A stretch of 63,682 nucleotides of DNA, filler included. It is 3 parts of 3 records of this genome, joined end to end, with 100 filler letters (N's around TTAATTAATTAA, not from the genome) between each part and the next. Parts side by side here need not be neighbours in the genome. Positions count along the whole stretch, not along the records: positions 55,727 to 63,682 come from SRR2962707_533; 2 more parts are not named here. One strand, given 5' to 3'. Both the position numbers and the translations under genes were made by a program. Below are positions 57,274-63,682 of the stretch, piece by piece (within the stretch, counting starts at the first letter, position 1; every line of letters starts with the position of its first letter). A model generated the notes under the pieces. That model was not told the origin of the DNA. It worked only from the letters and a program-made list of their open reading frames with translations, and made no database searches.

Positions 57274-58984
57274 TGGTTGTTCTGTTTAAAATTTCTAAGA
57301 TTATAGCAATAATAATGACCATGGCACAACCAATAAAGTTTAGCCATAAATATCCTAGTTTTTCATCTCCTGCATCATATCGATGAATGGCAAAATAGTA
57401 AATAAGGATGATGGCTATTTGTGTGACAATGGCGCTTATAAAAACGGCATTTCCACGAATAAATTTTATAAAAAATGCAATTAAAAATATTCCGAGTACA
57501 TTTCCGTAGAAAATAGAACCGATAATATTTACTAATTGGATTAAATTATCTAAAAGCGAAGCAAAATTAGCGAACAAAATGGCTATAATCCCCCATCCAA
57601 ATGTAAACCAACGAGTAGCATTTAAATAGTATTTTTCATCGTGTTCTTTCTTTTGTCTTCTTTTAAAAAGGTCAATGGTAGTAATGGTTCCTAAAGCATT
57701 TAATTCGGATGCTGTAGAAGACATGGCAGCTGAAAATATTACAGCTAACAATAACCCCATAAGTCCTGTTGGAATTTTATTCAGTATAAAATGTATAAAA
57801 ACATAATCTTTATCGTTGGTTTCTAAATCTTCATCTACTTTTTGAATAAGAGCTTTAGCGTCTTGGCGACTTTTTATTTCTTTTTTATTGATATCTTGAA
57901 TTTGCTTTTTAGCAGCTACAATTAATTCGTAATCTTTAACATCTAAAACTGCGGAAAATCGCTCTTGAGCCATTTTTTTATCTTTTTCGAGCGCCAAATG
58001 TTGCTTTTCTAATTGCTGATATTGATCGGCATATTCCGATTGTTGTACCGCTTCTACTGCAGCAGGATTAAAATTTAAAGGAGAATGATTGTATTGGTAA
58101 TACACAAAAACCATAACTCCAACTAACAGTATAAAAAATTGCATCGGTACTTTAAACAGACCGTTAAAAATAAGTCCTAACTGACTTTCTCTAACTGACT
58201 TCCCCGATAAATAGCGTTGTACCTGACTTTGGTCGGTTCCGAAATAGGCGAGGGCTAAAAAGAGGCCTCCCGTAATTCCACTCCAAAATGTATAACGACT
58301 TTTAGGGTTTAAAGAGAAATCAAGGATGTTAAGTTTGTCGTTAGCACCCGCAATTTTCATAGCCTTACTAAAGGTTATATCTTCTGGGAGGTAACTCATT
58401 ACTAAATAAAAAGCCGTAAACATTCCTGTCATTATAACAAACATTTGCTGCTTTTGCGTAACACTTACCGCTTTTGTCCCACCAGAAACAGTATATATTA
58501 TTACCAAAATCCCAATAACAATATTTAGAGTTTTTGTTTCCCAGCCTAAAACCGCAGATAATATTATAGAAGGCGCATATATGGTAATTCCTGCAGCCAA
58601 TCCACGTTGTATTAAAAAGAGAATGGCAGCTAAGGAACGTGTTTTTAAATCGAATCTATTTTCGAGGAATTCATAGGCAGTATATACTTTTAATTTATGA
58701 TAAATAGGGACGAAGACCACACAGATAATTATCATGGCCAGTGGAAGTCCAAAGTAGAATTGCACAAACCCCATTCCGTCATGAAAAGCTTGTCCAGGAG
58801 TAGACAAGAAAGTAATAGCACTAGCCTGTGTTGCCATTACAGAAAGGCCAACGGTATACCATTTTGCCTCATTACCACCTAAAATATAGTCGGATACGTT
58901 TTGACTTCCTTTGGTTTTTAAATAACCGTACCCTACAATAAATAGTAGGGTACCCGTTAGTACTATCCAATCGATTAATTCCAT
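57257..58984 (-). CDS. Sodium:solute symporter (SSS family)
   Basis: SVMATQASAITF, YTVSGG, YFGTDQSQVQRYL, SAAMSS. Confidence 0.93.
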   Translation of the reverse strand: MELIDWIVLTGTLLFIVGYGYLKTKGSQNVSDYILGGNEAKWYTVGLSVMATQASAITFLSTPGQAFHDGMGFVQFYFGLPLAMIIICVVFVPIYHKLKVYTAYEFLENRFDLKTRSLAAILFLIQRGLAAGITIYAPSIILSAVLGWETKTLNIVIGILVIIYTVSGGTKAVSVTQKQQMFVIMTGMFTAFYLVMSYLPEDITFSKAMKIAGANDKLNILDFSLNPKSRYTFWSGITGGLFLALAYFGTDQSQVQRYLSGKSVRESQLGLIFNGLFKVPMQFFILLVGVMVFVYYQYNHSPLNFNPAAVEAVQQSEYADQYQQLEKQHLALEKDKKMAQERFSAVLDVKDYELIVAAKKQIQDINKKEIKSRQDAKALIQKVDEDLETNDKDYVFIHFILNKIPTGLMGLLLAVIFSAAMSSTASELNALGTITTIDLFKRRQKKEHDEKYYLNATRWFTFGWGIIAILFANFASLLDNLIQLVNIIGSIFYGNVLGIFLIAFFIKFIRGNAVFISAIVTQIAIILIYYFAIHRYDAGDEKLGYLWLNFIGCAMVIIIAIILEILNRTTNAIKK

Positions 58985-58988
58985 AGTA

Positions 58989-59090
58989 CTATTTGTTTGA
59001 AATCATAATTAGATAAAAAACAAAAATGTAAATCGCATTCATAATCAATACAATAGAATACTCTCTTTTCCAAACAAACTTACTAAGCAT
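58989..59090 (-). CDS. 33-aa single-TM peptide, probable SSS accessory subunit
   Basis: MLSKFVWKREYSIVLIMNAIYIFVFYLIMISNK* fills the gap between the PIG-L gene and the SSS gene exactly (2 and 4 bp spacers); below the ORF-track cutoff. Confidence 0.75.
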   Translation of the reverse strand: MLSKFVWKREYSIVLIMNAIYIFVFYLIMISNK

Positions 59091-59092
59091 GA

Positions 59093-61621
59093 CTATCCTT
59101 TTATTGGGTTTAAATTTGTACTTTCTTCTTTTCCAATAGAAAGCATATTGGCAAATATTTTATAAGCCCCTGGAACACCAGCAGGGAGTTCTCTAAAGAA
59201 ACTCAATCCTGAGTAAATATAATATCCTTTTCCATATGGAGCAACCAATAAGCTACCGTCTTTTTTACTTTCCCCTTTGTCGTGCATCGAAAAAATTGAG
59301 GTAAATTCCTCTCCCCATTTGTCAGGGAAATATAATCCTCGTTCTTGTACCCAACCAGTAAAATCGTTTTGAGATATTTTGTTGGGAGTATTTAATAACG
59401 GATTGTTTGGTGCGTTAAAAGTAACTTCAGCATTTTCATCGGTTACACGGTCTCGAGATAATTGCAACAAATAGGGTGCCAGATTATCCATTCCAAGTCC
59501 GTTTCTCCCGGCAGTATTATATTGAACAATTAAATTGCCACCTTCCTTTACATAATCTAAAAGAATATGTTGTTTAAATTTAAGAGATTCATGAATATTA
59601 TATGCTCTAATCCCCATTACTACTGCATCGAAATTTTTTAAGTATCCATTACTAATATTTTCTGGCTGTATTACAGTTACAGTATATCCTATTTGACGTA
59701 AACTTTCTGGTACTTCATCTCCAGCACCAGCAACATAAGCAATGTTTTCTCCTGTTTTCTTTATGTTTAAACGCACCACTTTAAAACTAGCAGGAAGTAA
59801 AACTGATTGCGTAGGAATATGGTCGTAAGCTATGGTTACTAGTTCCTGAGTATATTCTTTTCCATCTATTTTTATGATAGGTGTAATAGTTTCCTGATTT
59901 TCATCTGCTGGAGGGGTTACTGTAAAAATAACTGTTTTTGTATCACCCTTTTTAGCAATGGAAAAATCTATTTGTTGAGGACTCACATTCCATCCGCTAT
60001 TGTATTTTAAATGTATGTTTCCTGAAATATTATCTGCTCCAGAAGTAATGGTTACTGGAATGTCCTTAGATTTTTCATCAGAAAAAATAATTACTTTATT
60101 AGCTACAGAAGTGGAAACCCTAGGAAGAATTTCAAAGGGTTGATAAATTTCACCTTTATCAGGCTTTGAAAATTTATAAATGATATTTTTTTCAAAAGGA
60201 ATACTAACTCCTTCGATATTTATGGTGAATGTAGCTTTAACTAATCTAGGAGTTTCTGGTTTTCCTCTTAGTAATTGCGGCGCTTTGTACATTCCTAATG
60301 TACCTTCTTCTTTTAACCAATAGGGTGCTGTGTATTCACTATTTTCAGGAATAGTAATTTTTTGATTGGTAGTTATAAATTTATTGTTTTCTAATTTTTT
60401 ACTGATAATTTGTACAACATCACTAGGAGAGATACTTATGTTTTTAAGCGTCATATTGGAGGACGATCTATTAATAATTGAAGCGTTAATACTGATGTTT
60501 TCTCCAGGTACAGCAGAAGCTTGTGCAGTTGTTGCTTCTATAAATAAGCCGCTACAGGCTTCCATAATTTTTTTAATCTCTTCTAATTTAATTTCCCGCC
60601 AATAATCATCTTTTAAATTAGAAATTAATTGATAGGCTTTTGCTAAATCTGCAAGATGTTCTGATGGATTTTTAAAATTGAAATTAGCTTCTATATCTAA
60701 TAATATTTCGGCAATAGCTTCTCCGCCTTCTACACGCCCCCAAGTAGTATTAATACCATCAAAAATAGTATTGTTTCTTGGAAAACTTCCTTTTAACAGT
60801 TCAATATATTCTTTTTCAGAACCACGGGCAGAAATCCCACCAAATCCCTGACTTAAATGTTGGCTACGAGCAATGGAAGCAATCTCGTTATTACTTTGCC
60901 CAAGTGTAGGGTAGTAGGTGCCAATATCTACACTTAGCATTTTTGATTTATTGGCCTCTTCAAATTTTTCCTGACTTCCATAGAACCACCAAGAAGTATT
61001 AAAAAACATACGTTCTGGCTGCCAAAGGTCTGTATATTTTAATTGTTCTGGATAGCTATTTTTATCATTCACAAGGTCAAATGCTTCAACGCTTAACATG
61101 GCCGAAGAAGTATGGTGACCGTGTGTTGTACCCGGACTTCTATGGTCAAAACGGTTGATAATTACATCGGGTTTAAAGTTTCTAATAACCCAAACAACAT
61201 CAGAAAGTACCTCGTCTTTATTCCAAATCTCTAAGGTTTCATCTGGATGTTTCGAAAACCCAAAGTCGTTAGCACGCGAGAAAAATTGCTCGCCACCGTC
61301 CACACGTCTAGCCGCTAGAAGCTCTTGAGTTCTTAAAACTCCTAAAAGTTCTCGTAATTCTGCTCCTATTAAATTCTGCCCTCCATCTCCTCTTGTAAGC
61401 GATAAATAGCCAGTTCTTGCCTTTACTTCATTAGAAAGATAAGAAATTAACCGCGTGTTTTCATCATCGGGGTGTGCAGCAATATAGAGTGCTGTTCCAA
61501 GGAAATTAAGCTTTTGTACTGCTTGATAAATATCAGCAGAAGAATAGGTTTTTGGCTTCTGTGAATACGTAGAAAATGTAAATACTAATCCAATAAAAAG
61601 AAAGGATAATATTTTTTGCAT
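59093..61621 (-). CDS. Exported PIG-L/LmbE family deacetylase with Ig-like and glutamine-amidotransferase-like C-terminal domains
   Basis: Signal peptide, AHPDDE, TRGDGGQN, RTQEL, DFGFSK, HGHH; C-terminal GAGDEVP..VVMGIRAYN..WVQERGLYF. Confidence 0.88.
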   Translation of the reverse strand: MQKILSFLFIGLVFTFSTYSQKPKTYSSADIYQAVQKLNFLGTALYIAAHPDDENTRLISYLSNEVKARTGYLSLTRGDGGQNLIGAELRELLGVLRTQELLAARRVDGGEQFFSRANDFGFSKHPDETLEIWNKDEVLSDVVWVIRNFKPDVIINRFDHRSPGTTHGHHTSSAMLSVEAFDLVNDKNSYPEQLKYTDLWQPERMFFNTSWWFYGSQEKFEEANKSKMLSVDIGTYYPTLGQSNNEIASIARSQHLSQGFGGISARGSEKEYIELLKGSFPRNNTIFDGINTTWGRVEGGEAIAEILLDIEANFNFKNPSEHLADLAKAYQLISNLKDDYWREIKLEEIKKIMEACSGLFIEATTAQASAVPGENISINASIINRSSSNMTLKNISISPSDVVQIISKKLENNKFITTNQKITIPENSEYTAPYWLKEEGTLGMYKAPQLLRGKPETPRLVKATFTINIEGVSIPFEKNIIYKFSKPDKGEIYQPFEILPRVSTSVANKVIIFSDEKSKDIPVTITSGADNISGNIHLKYNSGWNVSPQQIDFSIAKKGDTKTVIFTVTPPADENQETITPIIKIDGKEYTQELVTIAYDHIPTQSVLLPASFKVVRLNIKKTGENIAYVAGAGDEVPESLRQIGYTVTVIQPENISNGYLKNFDAVVMGIRAYNIHESLKFKQHILLDYVKEGGNLIVQYNTAGRNGLGMDNLAPYLLQLSRDRVTDENAEVTFNAPNNPLLNTPNKISQNDFTGWVQERGLYFPDKWGEEFTSIFSMHDKGESKKDGSLLVAPYGKGYYIYSGLSFFRELPAGVPGAYKIFANMLSIGKEESTNLNPIKG

Positions 61622-61859
61622 GCTATAAGTTTTAGGTATTTGTTCAAATATAGAAATAATTGTTGGTTGCCCGTTAGTTGTTGCAACGGAAAAAAAGTAC
61701 AACTTTAAAAGTTTTAAAATAAGTTGTATGATTTATTCGATAATCAAGGTTTAACTTTCTTACACTTCCGTTGGAGTGCTTTGTTTTTTGAGTTGTTAAA
61801 ACTTATCTCTATTATTTTTATGCCTAGAACTGTTTTTATCTTACTAAGGATAAAGCATA

Positions 61860-62105
61860 TTAATTACATATTTTGTCTTCTAAAATATCACATTCAACTC
61901 CTTTAGATTTTAAGAGTTGTATAATAGAATCAGAATTGATAAAAGTTCCTTCAATTCTTAAAATCGAATGCCCGCAGGGATAGGGTTTATTAAAATCTTC
62001 TAGATCAAAATTAATTTCTAAACTAGGATAATTTCCCTCTAATAGCATAAGAATTTCTTTTGAGAGAATTTCAGACTGAATGTTTGTCATAAATACTTCA
62101 ACCAT
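61860..62105 (-). CDS. Small hypothetical protein
   Basis: 81 aa, MVEVFMTN..INFDLED..ILRIEG..CDILED, translationally coupled to the upstream oxidoreductase. Confidence 0.7.
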   Translation of the reverse strand: MVEVFMTNIQSEILSKEILMLLEGNYPSLEINFDLEDFNKPYPCGHSILRIEGTFINSDSIIQLLKSKGVECDILEDKICN

Positions 62106-62106
62106 A

Positions 62107-63012
62107 CTAAAAGCTTTCTTCAGTTAATTCTTTATTTATTATCGCCCCTGTTATGTTTCCGCTATAAACAGCAGTTGCTACAGAACGCATCATAGCGCTA
62201 TTATCACCGCAAGCAAAAACTCCATTTACGGTTGTTTTTTGCATGAAATCAACTTCAATATATCCATTTTCGGTAAGTTTGCAACCTAATTCTGTAGGAA
62301 TAGAAGTACTCTGTTTGAATGTTGTTGCCGTATAAGCACATTCAAAAATTTCTTTGGAACCGTCTGTAAAAATAATCTGTTCTAGGATTCCTTTTTTATG
62401 TATTATTTCTGAAATTTCCTTTTCAATAATTTTAATATTATGTTGTTTAAGTTTTTGAAGCTGACTCTCATTAAAGTTCTTTTTTTCAGAAGTTAAGATG
62501 GTAATTTCTTTAGTTAGATTGTTTACTAAGGACGCTAAATGAAAAGCTTTATTGCCATTGGCAATGATGGCTGTTTTTTTGTCTCTAATCTCATATCCAT
62601 GGCAATATGGACAATGCACAACAGAAATTCCCCAACATTGCTCAATTCCTTTTATAGCTGGCAATTGATCTTTAATTCCTGTTGCAAACACTACTTTTTT
62701 TCCTTTAAAAACAGCTCCATTATTAGTAGTGATTTCAAATCCTTCTGAAATTTTTCTTCCTTTTAAAGCGATACCGTCATAAAATGTTATTGTATCATAT
62801 TTTGAAACTTGTTTTTTTGATACTTCAGTGATCTCTCGTGGAGTTTTTCCATCCTGAGTTAGGAAGTTATGAGAATGAGGAGTCTGTTTGTTACAAGGAT
62901 CTCCGGCATCTATAATCAGAGTTTTTCTTAGAGAGCGCCCTAAGGTCATAGCTGTAGAAAGTCCTGCGTAACTGCCGCCTATTATAATTACTTCAAATTG
63001 ATTTGTATCCAT
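62107..63012 (-). CDS. Thioredoxin-reductase-like FAD oxidoreductase with CPYC motif
   Basis: IIGGSYAG, SHNFLTQDG, ATG, HCPYCHGYE, GVFACGD. Confidence 0.9.
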   Translation of the reverse strand: MDTNQFEVIIIGGSYAGLSTAMTLGRSLRKTLIIDAGDPCNKQTPHSHNFLTQDGKTPREITEVSKKQVSKYDTITFYDGIALKGRKISEGFEITTNNGAVFKGKKVVFATGIKDQLPAIKGIEQCWGISVVHCPYCHGYEIRDKKTAIIANGNKAFHLASLVNNLTKEITILTSEKKNFNESQLQKLKQHNIKIIEKEISEIIHKKGILEQIIFTDGSKEIFECAYTATTFKQSTSIPTELGCKLTENGYIEVDFMQKTTVNGVFACGDNSAMMRSVATAVYSGNITGAIINKELTEESF

Positions 63013-63099
63013 TTTATTAATTTTTTATTTGAAAAGAGTATCGATTCTAACATAGAATTTCTATCCTAAATCTTACTCTTTTAGTTATTATAATATTTA

Positions 63100-63173
63100 A
63101 TTGCGATACAGTCGCAATAGTATGTTTGACAAATATACTATTTTTTTGTATTATTGCAACATAATCGCAATAA
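63100..63173. promoter_or_regulatory. Two palindromic operators ATTGCRA-N5-TCGCAAT for the adjacent Fur-family regulator
   Basis: ATTGCGA-TACAG-TCGCAAT at 63100-63118 and TTATTGCAA-CATAA-TCGCAATAA at 63151-63173. Confidence 0.72.
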
Positions 63174-63174
63174 A

Positions 63175-63552
63175 ATGAATAGAAGAAATACACCTACAAA
63201 AGAAGCAGTATTAAGCTTACTTTCAAGCTCAAAAAAAGCGTTGAGTCAGGATGCTATAGAAAGACAGCTTGATATTAAAATTAATAGAGCTACGATATAC
63301 AGGGTACTGAATAGATTTTGTGAGGACGATTTAGTACATAGAATTGTTGCGGAGGATGGAAAGCAATATTTTGCTATTTGTAAAAAATGTGAACCATCGG
63401 AAAAGACTCAATATCATTTTCACTTTAGATGTTTGTCTTGCGACACCATAGAGTGTTTAAAAATCCCTGTTCAATATTCTATTCCAGAAGGATATGAGGT
63501 TCAAAATGCAAATTGTGTGCTTACAGGTACATGCAACGATTGTTCGTTATAG
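63175..63552 (+). CDS. Fur-family metal-dependent repressor (Zur-like)
   Basis: NRATIYRVLNRF, HFHFRCLSC, C-terminal CNDC; ATG at 63175. Confidence 0.9.
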   Translation: MNRRNTPTKEAVLSLLSSSKKALSQDAIERQLDIKINRATIYRVLNRFCEDDLVHRIVAEDGKQYFAICKKCEPSEKTQYHFHFRCLSCDTIECLKIPVQYSIPEGYEVQNANCVLTGTCNDCSL

Positions 63553-63637
63553 CTGTTGTGGAGTTTAAAGTTGTAAGTAAGAAAGTAGAAAGTTAAAAAG
63601 TTACTATGTTTAAAGGTATAGTGTCTAGTGTCATAAA

Positions 63638-63682
63638 AATCTTCAAATCTTCCAATCTTTCAATCTTTCAATCTTTCAATCT
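63638..63682. repeat. 8-bp tandem repeat (AATCTTYM) running off the window end
   Basis: AATCTTCA AATCTTCC AATCTTTC AATCTTTC AATCTTTC AATCT. Confidence 0.85.

Noticed and set aside
55727-63682. AT-rich segment as a horizontally acquired island
   Set aside because: It is separated by an artificial linker and looks like ordinary Flavobacteriaceae chromosome
63638-63682. Possible CRISPR array
   Set aside because: 8-bp units without spacers; no cas genes or repeat-spacer arrays seen anywhere in the window

Overview
The window is not one locus. It is three unrelated contigs joined by artificial 100-bp linkers (44 N + TTAATTAATTAA + 44 N at 31064-31163 and 55627-55726). Contig A (1-31063) is GC-rich and alphaproteobacterial (Hyphomicrobiales-like by inference). 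It carries an AdeRS-type two-component system with an OMF-MFP-RND-ABC efflux operon. It also has a TetR-controlled aromatic catabolic module (ThDP enzyme, TRAP transporter, GlcG, vanillin-type ALDH, LigF/PcpC-like GST). Its most interesting part is an apparent flavonoid-glycoside utilisation island: a nod-box-like promoter, sugar ABC transporter, esterase, internally deleted alpha-L-rhamnosidase, GH3, a NodD-like LysR, a second LysR, FAD monooxygenase, FAH, VOC dioxygenase and a quercetinase-like bicupin. No nodulation genes are present. Contig B (31164-55626, intermediate GC, Roseobacter-like) holds a GntR/TRAP unit, a LacI-controlled inositol catabolic cluster with two identical 18-bp operators, GH13, glycerate kinase, a divergent gap, glpX, recJ and partial hisB. 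Contig C (55727-63682, AT-rich, Flavobacteriaceae-like) holds a GNAT, an operon of PIG-L deacetylase, 33-aa membrane peptide, SSS transporter and dehydrogenase, and a Fur-family regulator divergent from a CPYC flavoprotein. All calls come from motif recognition by eye; no database searches were run.
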